In this document: in pieces, positions 43,271 to 52,982 of the stretch
Numbering within the stretch: position 1 is the first letter of the stretch
Layout of the letters: the number at the start of each line of letters is the position of its first letter
Source of the DNA: a bacterium
GTDB taxonomy: Bacteria; Verrucomicrobiota; Kiritimatiellia; RFP12; DVOR01
NCBI GenBank assembly: GCA_030535915.1
Contig: JAUNQZ010000001.1
Location: 1-55,447 of the forward strand
Direction: 5' to 3'
Length of the DNA: 55,447 bases
Notes under the pieces: generated by a model
Databases searched by the model: none
Seen by the model: the letters and a program-made list of their open reading frames with translations, nothing else
What the model was told of the DNA's origin: nothing
Translations under genes and position numbers: made by a program

Positions 43271-45709
43271 ATGAAAGCATATCAAACATCGTTTTGTCGG
43301 TGGAGCATGCGTACCATTGGGTTGTTCGCCTTGCTCTTTTCTCTTCTTTTAACCACTGACGGCCTCGCCTTTGGTCGGTCGAAAAAAAACGCTAATAAGT
43401 CTAAAGACACACCTCCCGAGCAGGTGGTTGAAGGTGCCATTAAGGCAACGGCTGCGGACTTTTTTAAAGATCGCGCGAAAGAGCCGCGGTTCCGTGGGGC
43501 GTTTGAAGTGGGCTTTTATTATGTCAACTTCCCAGACACCTATCCTATTGACCTCAACGCAACATTGAAGCGACAATCTGATGGTGTAGAAGAATATTTC
43601 AAGAAATACACCCAAGGCATTTGTTGGCCGATATGTATAAATCTTTCCTCAAGTGCGTATCAAGCCCCCCACCCCTTAGGTTATTATTCACGCTATCATG
43701 TTCACCATAACAAGATTGGTTGGAATGATGAAGGCGAAGGACGAAAGCGTCTACAAGAATTGCGTCAGGCAGCGTTTGCGCACGCGAGGCGCGCTCAGTC
43801 TTCAGGAAGGAAGAGTGATCTTCCTCCTGTAACGGCCTTTGTCTATGCGACCAAACGTCGGCCGTTGGAGGATCTCGAAAAGATTAAAGTCTTGCGCGAC
43901 CCCTACCCTAAAGCCAATGACTTTTATCCTGATCAACTCAACTTCTATAGTCCTACATCCACCATTCGTTGGGCAGATCCGTTATGGCCGAACTCCTCGG
44001 TACTCTTGAGTGAAAACTCTGGTGCAGGAACGATGATTCACGAACTGGGCCATGTGCTTGGAGCTCCTGACTATTATCATGCAACGGAAATTACGGGTGG
44101 TATTGATGGTACACCTGTGACGGTTGGAGGTGGTCCAACAGGTCCGCTCTATTGCCGTTGGAAATATTGCGCCACATTACCAGACGATGCCTATCGTATG
44201 ATTACCAAGGATACGCAAGTGACCTTAGCACCGCGTTGGTCTGAGTATACCGCTGGTAGCACGCGACCTTTGGGGGTCTTTATTCCAACATGCCATCCCA
44301 ACTATCTCTTGCATCTCGAATATGAACCCAGTGACCCGCAAGCCTTGCGCGGTAATAGTGAAGATGAAGTCGGTCGTTATTCTTCCGATTATTCGTCGAA
44401 TGGTGGCATTTACATTTATTATATCAATGTGACACAGGGCTCCTCTTATGTTGGACACCCAGACTTGTGCTATGTCTATCGTCCCGGCGATCCCACCATG
44501 CGTGGGTATGTCGGCGGGGTGGCGGTCTTCCGTGAGGGAGATGCCTTTGACCAAGAATCCGACCCTAAAAATATCCTCCCCAATCAGCTCCCGACAGGCA
44601 TTGAAATTGAATTTGGCGAGCAAACCGAAGCGGGTGCGACCGTGACCATCAAAGTCCCGCGTAAGAAAGCCTCTGGCACGGCCTTGAAGCGTTCGCTTCT
44701 CCCCATTATTGAGATGAAGGAAATTGAAGATATTCAGCCGACGACCTTCTCGGTTGAAACGGATCTTACCTTCCGTGGGGAACCGCTTGCTGAAGAGCGT
44801 GGCATCGTTTATGGGACCTCGCCCAATCCCACCTACCCTCGTTCGCCCTATATTGCCATTCACGGTTTGGGCTTTGATAAAGCGCGTGTCGTGGATCTCC
44901 GCCCAGGACAGACCATTTATGTACGCGCCTATGCTCGCAGTAAACTCGGTGTGGCATATTCTAAGCAACAACAAAAGATTGTTCTTCCGCGACCTACTGC
45001 CAATACGGAGGTGGAGCCTTTGCTCATTGACAATCTTACCGCCGATGATTGGCAAACCAAAAACTATAGTCTCCGCAATGCAAAGGATGGTTCTCGCCTT
45101 AATGGCACAGCGATGATTGCATTACTCAAAATGATGAATTTGCGTCGCTCTGCATTAGATGGGAAGAAACCAAAGAAGAATGAAGGCATTAATTTCAATG
45201 AACTTCACCTCAATCCTCATGCAGGTCGCCACCCTCCAACCCTACAAGGATTCTATAAAGCTCGTGATGTTGCAGAGCGCCTTGCAGAAGCGCTTGGGTT
45301 GCACGCAGGATCCATCCCAGAAGATCTCGAAGAACGCCTCCAAAAGGAACTTAAATTCCCTTCACGCGTCGTAAAGGGCAAAGAGTATCTCGTGAATCTT
45401 GAAATGGGATGTGAACAAGAACATGCCGATCGCATTCAGTCGTCCTTACTTAATGCATGGCCAGTCTTGTGTGTGCGCGAATCGTCTCTCGTCTCACATC
45501 CGCATTATGCCATTGATGTTTGTATTATTGATGGAATGAAGCGGGGGGACGAAGGAATGCTCTATCACATTATTTATCCCACAGGTATTGACCGTATGCG
45601 TAAGACCAATCGTACCACTGGTTGGCATCCGTTGGAAGTCCTTACGGAAGGAACAAGTGGCTCTGGGGCACGGTTAATCTTCCTCCAGCGCGAGACAAAA
45701 AGCTTCTAA
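43271..45709 (+). CDS. secreted multidomain zinc metalloprotease, M6 (InhA)-like catalytic motif
   Basis: There is a signal peptide (MRTIGLFALLFSLLLTTDGLAFG). The zincin motif MIHELGHVLGAPDYYH (HExxHxxGxxD) matches the M6 family. An Fn3-like segment (GIVYGTSPNPTYP) follows. 812 aa. Confidence 0.65.
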   Translation: MKAYQTSFCRWSMRTIGLFALLFSLLLTTDGLAFGRSKKNANKSKDTPPEQVVEGAIKATAADFFKDRAKEPRFRGAFEVGFYYVNFPDTYPIDLNATLKRQSDGVEEYFKKYTQGICWPICINLSSSAYQAPHPLGYYSRYHVHHNKIGWNDEGEGRKRLQELRQAAFAHARRAQSSGRKSDLPPVTAFVYATKRRPLEDLEKIKVLRDPYPKANDFYPDQLNFYSPTSTIRWADPLWPNSSVLLSENSGAGTMIHELGHVLGAPDYYHATEITGGIDGTPVTVGGGPTGPLYCRWKYCATLPDDAYRMITKDTQVTLAPRWSEYTAGSTRPLGVFIPTCHPNYLLHLEYEPSDPQALRGNSEDEVGRYSSDYSSNGGIYIYYINVTQGSSYVGHPDLCYVYRPGDPTMRGYVGGVAVFREGDAFDQESDPKNILPNQLPTGIEIEFGEQTEAGATVTIKVPRKKASGTALKRSLLPIIEMKEIEDIQPTTFSVETDLTFRGEPLAEERGIVYGTSPNPTYPRSPYIAIHGLGFDKARVVDLRPGQTIYVRAYARSKLGVAYSKQQQKIVLPRPTANTEVEPLLIDNLTADDWQTKNYSLRNAKDGSRLNGTAMIALLKMMNLRRSALDGKKPKKNEGINFNELHLNPHAGRHPPTLQGFYKARDVAERLAEALGLHAGSIPEDLEERLQKELKFPSRVVKGKEYLVNLEMGCEQEHADRIQSSLLNAWPVLCVRESSLVSHPHYAIDVCIIDGMKRGDEGMLYHIIYPTGIDRMRKTNRTTGWHPLEVLTEGTSGSGARLIFLQRETKSF

Positions 45710-45738
45710 AAGCACATCTTGACATTTCTAAACAAAAT

Positions 45739-45768
45739 AAAAAGCCGTCGCAAAACGACGGCTTTTTT
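45739..45768. terminator. bidirectional intrinsic terminator between convergent genes
   Basis: aaaaagccgtcg-caaaa-cgacggctttttt. Confidence 0.8.
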
Positions 45769-45783
45769 AATGTTGAAGTCCGA

Positions 45784-46950
45784 TTAGAGACTCGCGTGAA
45801 GAATTGCTGTAATCTCTTCTGGGGTGAGGACTTTATAGCCACCTTTAAGAATGAATGTTGCCTTTGTAATAGCAGGAATCATCTCTGGTGTAACCCCTAA
45901 ATCACGCAAGTTCATCACGAGCCCAATGGATGTCATCCACTGCTGTAAGGCTGCGAGACCTTCATGAGCGATGGCTTCATCGGTCTTACCCGTGGGGTCA
46001 ATCCCCCAAACATTAATGGCAAAGCGTTTAAAGCGTGGCAACCCTGCCGCAAGGATGGTCTTATAGTAAGCCATACTCACCGCAGCGAGCGTCATACCGT
46101 GCGTTGCATTGGTAAAGGTCCCCACGGCATGACCCATCATATGAACCATCCAGTCGGTCGATTTACCTTGCGCAATCAAAGTGTTCAACGCCCAGGTAGC
46201 AATCCACATAATATTGGAACGAGCTTCGTAGTTCGTAGGCTCCTTGACGGCGATTTGAGAACTATGAATAAGCGAACGCATTAAACCTTCTGCGAGGTAG
46301 TCGCTCGTTGTATCGTCTGTATTAGAGAGGTATTGCTCCAAAATATGACACATAATGTCATAGAACCCCGCCACCATTTGGTAGGACGGCAAGGTGTAGG
46401 TCCACACGGGATTGAGAATGGCAAACTGAGGATAGAGTGCGGTTTCAAAGACATGGCCGACTTTGAGGTCGACATCATGATTCGTAATCACAGAGCCACC
46501 ATTCATTTCACTACCGGTGCCCACCATCGTAAGAACGCAACCAATGGGGAGAATGCGATGGTCGACCTTTTCGCCACGAATGTAATACTTTTCCCATGGG
46601 TCTTCGTCGCAATAGGCTCCAGAGGCAACCGCTTTAGCATAGTCACAGACCGAGCCACCGCCAACAGCAAGGAGGAAGTCGACCTTGTTATCGCGTGCGA
46701 TTGCACACCCCTCTTTCACCTTTTCATAGGTCGGGTTAGGCATAACGCCGGCATCTTCAACAATCGTCTTACCCGCGGCTTTGAGAATGGCAATAACTTG
46801 GTCGTAAAGCCCCGTGGTTTTGATTGACGCTTTGCCATAGATAAATTGAACGACAGGCCCAACCTGCTTGAGTTCCGCGGACAATTGATCAAGTGCGCGT
46901 TCACCAAAGTGTAAACGCGTTGGATTATGAAATGTTAAATTCCCTAACAT
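45784..46950 (-). CDS. iron-containing alcohol dehydrogenase (BdhA/YqhD-like)
   Basis: 388 aa with GGGSVCDYAKAVA and His-rich metal-site motifs (HMMGHAVG). This is the Fe-ADH family. Confidence 0.88.
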   Translation of the reverse strand: MLGNLTFHNPTRLHFGERALDQLSAELKQVGPVVQFIYGKASIKTTGLYDQVIAILKAAGKTIVEDAGVMPNPTYEKVKEGCAIARDNKVDFLLAVGGGSVCDYAKAVASGAYCDEDPWEKYYIRGEKVDHRILPIGCVLTMVGTGSEMNGGSVITNHDVDLKVGHVFETALYPQFAILNPVWTYTLPSYQMVAGFYDIMCHILEQYLSNTDDTTSDYLAEGLMRSLIHSSQIAVKEPTNYEARSNIMWIATWALNTLIAQGKSTDWMVHMMGHAVGTFTNATHGMTLAAVSMAYYKTILAAGLPRFKRFAINVWGIDPTGKTDEAIAHEGLAALQQWMTSIGLVMNLRDLGVTPEMIPAITKATFILKGGYKVLTPEEITAILHASL

Positions 46951-46958
46951 AACAAACC

Positions 46959-47417
46959 TTATTCTTTATCTTTTAGGGCTTCTTTTAAGAGCGCTTTAAA
47001 AATTTCAACCGAAAGATCATCTGAAGTATCCTCTTCATCAAGGGCTTCTCGTAAGTCCTCTTTGGCTTTATTTAAGAGACGCTCTGCACGCAAAATACGC
47101 TGTTTAATACGACGAATTTCGGCTTTATTTTGCGTCTCCCGAGCCACTTGAGCCTCTTGTAAGGCGAGTTTGCGAAATTTTCGCGTAACCTCAAGAATGT
47201 CTTGCGCTTCATTAGAAGGTTTCTCTCCGCTCGCCTCTATCGCCTGCTCAACACCAGCCTCCACCACGAGCGAGAAGAGTGCTGCGACCCCATAGAGGTC
47301 TTCGAGCGTTGTGGCGTCATCTTCACACGAATCGCAATATCGATCACAGCGATGGCACGGTCGTGCCATCGCCATCGTCGCACATCCAAGCGACAAAATA
47401 AGTCCTAACCATTTCAT
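46959..47417 (-). CDS. secreted Cys-rich / coiled-coil protein, unknown function
   Basis: Signal peptide MKWLGLILSLGCATMAMA, then CHRCDRYCDSC (CxxC-x3-CxxC), then a highly charged helical region. Confidence 0.5.
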   Translation of the reverse strand: MKWLGLILSLGCATMAMARPCHRCDRYCDSCEDDATTLEDLYGVAALFSLVVEAGVEQAIEASGEKPSNEAQDILEVTRKFRKLALQEAQVARETQNKAEIRRIKQRILRAERLLNKAKEDLREALDEEDTSDDLSVEIFKALLKEALKDKE

Positions 47418-47444
47418 CCGAACAAACTTTCTTTAGCAAAGTGT

Positions 47445-47981
47445 TTACTCAGCTTTTTCCGGATCAAGAATTGTGCTGTCTTCTTCATTCGGGCCCCAAG
47501 AACCATTCAAAAGTAAACGCGGGCTTTCGTTTTCTCCAGCCCAGTTGACGAAGCCAATTTGTAAGGCATGGGAGCTATCCGAGCACTTGTTGAAGAGACC
47601 AATCTGAAGACCATCTTGATGTTCACCCCAAACGAAGAGACCAATGCGGACTCCTGCGTGATCTTCGTTATAGTCGACGAGCGAAGCAGAAACACCATGA
47701 CCTTCATGCGCCGAGAGAATACCACCAATCGCAAGGCCATTATTCGCAAAGCTCGTGGAAACACCCGAGACATTGAGCGCAGACACATAATCATCGCCAA
47801 ACCAAAAAGGTGCAATACGAACCGCTGTAAAGGCATCATCACAGGGTAAAATCTTTGAGCCAACGCCCAATTGAAGAATGCTCGTGTCAATTGGAATCGC
47901 AAATCGTGAAACCGAAACCGTACAGCCCGTCACAAGCACCAGTCCAAAAAAAGCTAACATTAAAAAGAAACATTTTTTCAT
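47445..47981 (-). CDS. lipoprotein with G-(L/V)-x-I-G-(L/F) repeats, unknown function
   Basis: Lipobox LVLVTGC. The repeats are GVRIGLF, GLQIGLFN and ALQIGFVN. Confidence 0.6.
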   Translation of the reverse strand: MKKCFFLMLAFFGLVLVTGCTVSVSRFAIPIDTSILQLGVGSKILPCDDAFTAVRIAPFWFGDDYVSALNVSGVSTSFANNGLAIGGILSAHEGHGVSASLVDYNEDHAGVRIGLFVWGEHQDGLQIGLFNKCSDSSHALQIGFVNWAGENESPRLLLNGSWGPNEEDSTILDPEKAE

Positions 47982-48014
47982 TTTATTGATCCTTTCTTAA
48001 CATTGTACATCAGA

Positions 48015-48659
48015 TTAAAAGTCTTCTTCCATCTCCGACTGGAGGTAAGGGTTGGTTCGTTTTTCGCGTTGCATCGTTGAGGCTGGACCATGACCAGGAA
48101 GAATTGTTGTGTCATCCGAAAGAGTGGTCTTTAGACATTCTAAGGATTGACGCAAGGTTGCGAAGGACCCCCCGGGTAAATCTGTACGCCCGATGGAACC
48201 TGTAAACAGTGTATCGCCCGTAAAGCAAAGGTTCACTTCTGGCGATTCAAATAAGAGGCACTGTCCACCCGGTGTATGACCAGGCGTGTGAATCAAGGTG
48301 GCGGTTAATCCTCCACAGCTCCAAGAGCCTTCAGGCGTTACCAATTGCTTGGGCTTCTGCTGTAACATGTAAAACGGAGGATATTGATTAAAGGCATGCG
48401 AAAAGGCCCATTCGGTCTCTTCCGCACGCATCACGACCGGAATCTCAGGATAGGCCTTTACAAGGGCATCTAACGCTCCTAAATGATCAAAGTGTCCATG
48501 CGTCAACACAATGCACGCAGGTGTTAAATGGCGAGCATTTAATTCTTGAATAATTTCATCATCATCGGCACCAGGGTCAATAATCCACGCGAGGTCCTTT
48601 TCCCAAACCAAATAGCAATTCTCTCCGAGAGGTCCTGTCACAATCGTTGTATACTGCAT
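48015..48659 (-). CDS. MBL-fold metallo-hydrolase (GloB/YcbL-like)
   Basis: LTHGHFDHLGA (HxHxDH), a later HTPGHTPG, and the GDTLF...D..GG pattern. 214 aa. Confidence 0.85.
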   Translation of the reverse strand: MQYTTIVTGPLGENCYLVWEKDLAWIIDPGADDDEIIQELNARHLTPACIVLTHGHFDHLGALDALVKAYPEIPVVMRAEETEWAFSHAFNQYPPFYMLQQKPKQLVTPEGSWSCGGLTATLIHTPGHTPGGQCLLFESPEVNLCFTGDTLFTGSIGRTDLPGGSFATLRQSLECLKTTLSDDTTILPGHGPASTMQREKRTNPYLQSEMEEDF

Positions 48660-48675
48660 CTCGACATTCCTTTAC

Positions 48676-49950
48676 TTAACGATCTTCATCCTTCAGCGAT
48701 GACAATAATGATAAAAGTGAACAAATGACTGTCCATGGCAATAATGTCCCCATAAAGAATCCTCCAACATCCACCCAAGGAATGGAGACCCCTTCAGAAA
48801 GACGCATAAGCGGATTCAAGGAGACAATCCCTTTGAAGGGACCTGCAACCACATGTGAAATACGCGCGCTAATCATCGTCCAAAAACTTTGCAATTCTTG
48901 TGTGACGGTAACGGTAATATCAAGCGATGCAATCGCCGCAACAAGCAAACAGAGCGTGCCCACAAAAACACCCACCGGTAACGAGAAAAGGGACCCTAAG
49001 GAACACCCCAACGCAACCGCCATAAGGATAACACCAACCATCACCATCACCGCCAAGAAACTATTAAGTCCCGAAGAATAACCCGTATAAAAGAGTTGGA
49101 TATCTTCGCGTTCTCGAAACATAATGTAGCCGGCTTCGTTAAATGTAGCCTTGCGAACGAGTTGAAGCGAGAGGGGTGTCTTCCCATCATAAACCCATGT
49201 TTGAGGGAAGCGAGCCTCAACGCCGCGTTGCGTCATCATCACGGGTAATTGTTCCGTGGTAGACCCATAGGTGGCATAAACATCCATCATCCGTTCATTA
49301 TAAGCCCCCATAAACGGAATCCCCGACAAACAAAAGGAGACCTCTTTTGTTCCCTCTGGGAGGGCTTCAAACGCATAGGTTAGCGAACCTCCCTCCGGCA
49401 ATTCGGTATAACGCCGCAAAATATTCCGACGAATGTCTTGCAAGAGGCGTTCTTCAGAAACACCTTGTTCTTCCTCGACACGGGCGATTTCTAAACCCTC
49501 GGAACGAAGGTCTTCAAGCGTTTGCTGTGCAAGCATTTCAAGGGATGGGAAAAGTGGCTGTAAGCGATGGTCTCCGTCAGGAAAGTGATGAAATAAAAGC
49601 ATTCCATAAAAAGCCCCCATTACCACAATAAATGGGAAGGAGGTCCCAATCCAACGCCCCACCCAAAGTTGCCAACGCCCCATCGGCTTGGTAAAGACCA
49701 ATGCCATACGATGGCGTTCGCGGTCATAGGCATAACTTGCCACACCACACCATAACGCACAGACAAGTGTCAATGTCCATGAGAGGCTCATCGCATACCC
49801 AAGACGAGCGGCAGCTTCTTCAGCACGATAGGGTAAACCAAAAATCAACAATCCTATCGCCCCTAGCAAGGCAATAACCAACGGACCTCGAATCGCACGC
49901 CGCCATCCTAAGCCTAATTCTGCAAGCAATTGTCGGCCGAAGCGTCTCAT
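48676..49950 (-). CDS. ABC-2-type transporter permease-like membrane protein with large extracytoplasmic loop
   Basis: I prefer ATG 49950, which overlaps the upstream stop as ATGA; the track start at 49965 is a GTG. The protein has N-terminal TM segments, a ~180-aa loop and a C-terminal TM bundle. Confidence 0.6.
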   Translation of the reverse strand: MRRFGRQLLAELGLGWRRAIRGPLVIALLGAIGLLIFGLPYRAEEAAARLGYAMSLSWTLTLVCALWCGVASYAYDRERHRMALVFTKPMGRWQLWVGRWIGTSFPFIVVMGAFYGMLLFHHFPDGDHRLQPLFPSLEMLAQQTLEDLRSEGLEIARVEEEQGVSEERLLQDIRRNILRRYTELPEGGSLTYAFEALPEGTKEVSFCLSGIPFMGAYNERMMDVYATYGSTTEQLPVMMTQRGVEARFPQTWVYDGKTPLSLQLVRKATFNEAGYIMFREREDIQLFYTGYSSGLNSFLAVMVMVGVILMAVALGCSLGSLFSLPVGVFVGTLCLLVAAIASLDITVTVTQELQSFWTMISARISHVVAGPFKGIVSLNPLMRLSEGVSIPWVDVGGFFMGTLLPWTVICSLLSLLSSLKDEDR

Positions 49951-50717
49951 TGCACCCCCAACCACTTCAAATCATCTGCTTTTGCTAATGGAAGGGTCGG
50001 TCCTGAGGGACACACCGCACTCAAGAAAAAGGTCTCTAAGGACCCTTCAATCTCACTCACTTTTCCTTGTGCAAGAGCTTCGCCGTGATTCAAAATCAAC
50101 ACACGATCTGAACATTCTTGCACATCAGGCAAAAGATGTGAACTCATCAACACCGATAATCCGCGCTTGCGAAGTTCTAAAATCAAATCTTTCACTTCTC
50201 GCGTGCCAATAGGATCTAAGCCTGAAGTGGGTTCGTCTAAAATCAACAATGTCGGCGCATTAATCAACGCTTGAGCTAAGCCGACACGACGCGCCATTCC
50301 CTTTGAGAATGTCCCCACGCGATGATGCGCCACCTCTGTCAACCCAACCAACGCTAAAAGATCCGTAATGCGTTTACGCAATGTGGTTGATGAAAGACCA
50401 AACAATTGACCATAGTAAGTAAGCGTTTCTGTGGGCGTCAAAAAGGGATGTAAATGCGTAATCTCCGGCAAATAACCGATCTTGGCATGTACAGAGGGCG
50501 TGCCGGGGCGTTCTCCAAAAATCGAAATCGAGCCTGCATCGGCCTTTAAAAGACCAAGGATCATACGAATCGTTGTGCTCTTCCCCGAACCATTCGGTCC
50601 CAAAAGTCCAAAGACTTCACCCGGGTTAATATGAAACGAAACCCCTTTTACTGCTTCCGTCGTTGGGCGTCCCCAAAAATCTCGAAATGTTTTACGCAAA
50701 TCAACAACATCTACCAT
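49947..50717 (-). CDS. ABC transporter ATP-binding protein
   Basis: Walker A GLLGPNGSGKST, signature-like FSKGMARR, Walker B LLILDEPTSGLD and an H-loop SSHLL. Confidence 0.93.
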   Translation of the reverse strand: MVDVVDLRKTFRDFWGRPTTEAVKGVSFHINPGEVFGLLGPNGSGKSTTIRMILGLLKADAGSISIFGERPGTPSVHAKIGYLPEITHLHPFLTPTETLTYYGQLFGLSSTTLRKRITDLLALVGLTEVAHHRVGTFSKGMARRVGLAQALINAPTLLILDEPTSGLDPIGTREVKDLILELRKRGLSVLMSSHLLPDVQECSDRVLILNHGEALAQGKVSEIEGSLETFFLSAVCPSGPTLPLAKADDLKWLGVQ

Positions 50718-50726
50718 AACCCACTC

Positions 50727-51599
50727 CTATGAAATCGCACGATGACGCAACAAACCTGTTGCTCCCCATAACGCAAAACCCATCACCGCAACCGTTTGCG
50801 GCAATAAGAAAACAAGGGTGCGACACGGGATCGCCCCGCCCATGGATAATGCATCGAGTTGTAAATACGCCGCGCCATTCAAACTATACGCCCACACCAA
50901 AACAAAAAGTGTTGAAAGTAAGGTCGTCAATCCTGAAGTACAGCGCGTTGCAATCGCTGTCGCAACCGCAGCAATCTGAATCAAGCCAAGAAAAATCGCA
51001 AGCCCACCCGTGAGAATCCCCCAAAGATGCGTCACTCCAACAATCAACACTTCTCCCCAAACGAAAAGCGGCATCAAAAGAAGCGCTGTTAAGGTAAATC
51101 GACCACGCAAGAAACACTGATTCAACGCACCTAAAAATAATGGTAATAACAACACCCCCATCGAATAAAAGAGCGCCGGCACATTGGCATACGCACCATT
51201 CAAGCGATAGGTGGGAGAAAAGGTCTCCGCAAGCATCACCACGGCCACTTGCACCAAGAGGAAGATGCCCATTGCAAGAATCCCTCCAAAACAATGACCA
51301 AAAATCCAAAAACCACGCGAAATCGGCTTCACAAAAACCGCCGCCGCAGTACCATTACTCAAGGTTCGCGTTAAACGACTCGCATTGCTAATGACAAAAA
51401 TTAAACCAAATAAAAAGGCCATCGCAAGCCCACAATCTCGCGCCATACGACCATCTTCGGAAAAACGCTGAAATTGCAACATCGGCAATGCCAAAACCCA
51501 TATTGCAGAAGCAAACGTTAACAACAAGGCAATAGGATGACCCAGCATTTCTAAGAGAGAAACGCGCACAATCGCCCATAATTTTACCACCGTTTTCAT
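50727..51599 (-). CDS. ABC-2 family permease-like membrane protein
   Basis: 290 aa with 6-8 hydrophobic segments. It is the first gene of the cluster. Confidence 0.6.
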   Translation of the reverse strand: MKTVVKLWAIVRVSLLEMLGHPIALLLTFASAIWVLALPMLQFQRFSEDGRMARDCGLAMAFLFGLIFVISNASRLTRTLSNGTAAAVFVKPISRGFWIFGHCFGGILAMGIFLLVQVAVVMLAETFSPTYRLNGAYANVPALFYSMGVLLLPLFLGALNQCFLRGRFTLTALLLMPLFVWGEVLIVGVTHLWGILTGGLAIFLGLIQIAAVATAIATRCTSGLTTLLSTLFVLVWAYSLNGAAYLQLDALSMGGAIPCRTLVFLLPQTVAVMGFALWGATGLLRHRAIS

Positions 51600-51606
51600 A
51601 TACTAT

Positions 51607-51615
51607 ATATTACCA
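51607..51615 (-). promoter_or_regulatory. extended -10 element TGgTAATAT (minus strand) ending 7 nt before ATG 51599
   Basis: The minus strand reads tggtaatat-atagtat-ATG with no SD. A TTGCAT lies upstream, but its spacing fits an alternative TATAGT -10 box instead. Confidence 0.4.
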
Positions 51616-51704
51616 TATTTAGAGATGCAAAAAAAGAAGAAAATCAACCTCGCGCTCCTTTTAATAGAAAAATAACCACCCTAAAAACGCTTTCGCGCAC
51701 CAAT

Positions 51705-51731
51705 AAAAAAGCCCCGCAATGGCGGGGCTTT
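51705..51731 (-). terminator. recA intrinsic terminator
   Basis: On the minus strand the stem aaagccccgc/gcggggcttt encloses the loop catt and is followed by a T-tract. Confidence 0.75.
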
Positions 51732-51753
51732 ATCCACATCAGCACAACAACGC

Positions 51754-52815
51754 TTATTCGTCATCCGAAGCTGTCGAGGAACGATTCGTATTACCCGGCG
51801 CAAACACCTCACGATGTTCAAAAACCTTCTGACGAATCTTTTCAAGAATATCCGGATTGGCACGCAAGAATTCCGTTGCAGCAGCAGCGCCTTGACCAAT
51901 TTGTTCATTATCAAAGCTCAACCAGCTTCCACGCTTGGCCACTACACCTGCTGCAATTGCTGCATCAAGCACAGAGCCTTCCCATGAAATACCACGCGAA
52001 TAAAGAATGTCAAATTCTGCTTCCGTAAAGGGCGGCGCAACCTTATTTTTCACCACATTCACACGCGTACGGTTACCATAGGCCTTACCCGTGTTATCCT
52101 TCAAAGTCGCAATACGAGCAATCTTCATACGCACCGATGAGTAGAACTTCAATGCATTACCACCCGTTGTCGTTTCGGGAGAACCAAACATCACTCCAAT
52201 CTTCATGCGAATCTGATTCGTAAAAATGCACATCGTATTGGTCGTTGCCAAAACACCCGTCAACTTACGCATCGCTTGAGACATCAAGCGTGCCTGTGCA
52301 CCCATGTGCGAATCCCCAATATCCCCATCAAGTTCACTCTGAGGCACAAGAGCTGCAACCGAGTCCACAATCACAACATCCACCGCACCCGAGCGAACAA
52401 GCTGTTCGGTAATCTGCAAGGCTTCTTCACCCGAATTAGGCTGCGAAAGAAGTAAATTATCAACATCCACACCAATGCGACGAGCATAGGAAATATCAAG
52501 CGCATGCTCTGCATCAATAAATGCAACCACGCCTCCTTGGCGTTGGGCATTTGCAGCAATATGAAGGGAAAGCGTTGTCTTACCCGAAGATTCATTGCCA
52601 AAAATTTCAATAATACGACCACGCGGAACGCCTCCCACGCCAAGGGCAAGGTCTAAGGAAAAAGCACCCGTCGAAATAACTGGAACTTCTTGCACTTCAA
52701 GATCGCCCATTTTCATAATCGCGGAAGAGCCAAATTCCTTGCGAATTTGTGCCATAATAGCATTTAATTTATCACTTGCAGAGGCGGAGGTCGCGGAGGT
52801 TTTCTTTTCTGCCAT
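51754..52815 (-). CDS. recA: recombinase RecA
   Basis: 353 aa with P-loop GNESSGKTT plus [18 protein letters not shown] and [26 protein letters not shown]. Confidence 0.97.
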   Translation of the reverse strand: MAEKKTSATSASASDKLNAIMAQIRKEFGSSAIMKMGDLEVQEVPVISTGAFSLDLALGVGGVPRGRIIEIFGNESSGKTTLSLHIAANAQRQGGVVAFIDAEHALDISYARRIGVDVDNLLLSQPNSGEEALQITEQLVRSGAVDVVIVDSVAALVPQSELDGDIGDSHMGAQARLMSQAMRKLTGVLATTNTMCIFTNQIRMKIGVMFGSPETTTGGNALKFYSSVRMKIARIATLKDNTGKAYGNRTRVNVVKNKVAPPFTEAEFDILYSRGISWEGSVLDAAIAAGVVAKRGSWLSFDNEQIGQGAAAATEFLRANPDILEKIRQKVFEHREVFAPGNTNRSSTASDDE

Positions 52816-52884
52816 AATGATGGCCTTTCAAAAGTAAATAAGGGTGTACATACACATCTACTCACACGCATGAATAGTCCAATT

Positions 52885-52913
52885 ATTATATCAAAAAAAA
52901 CACCCCGATACAA
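52885..52913 (-). promoter_or_regulatory. recA promoter TTGTAT-17-TGaTATAAT (minus strand)
   Basis: The minus strand reads ttgtat-(17 nt)-tataat with TGa. The leader is ~70 nt with a gaaagg SD. Confidence 0.5.
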
Positions 52914-52946
52914 AAGACTTTTTAAATATTTTTTTAGTATGAAATC

Positions 52947-52975
52947 TTGCATGAACCAACAAAATATGATATGAT
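52947..52975 (+). promoter_or_regulatory. promoter TTGCAT-17-TGaTATGAT ending 7 nt before ATG 52983
   Basis: TTGCAT at 52947-52952 (its TTG is the ORF-track start), a 17-nt spacer, TATGAT at 52970-52975. Confidence 0.5.
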
Positions 52976-52982
52976 AAGTGCT

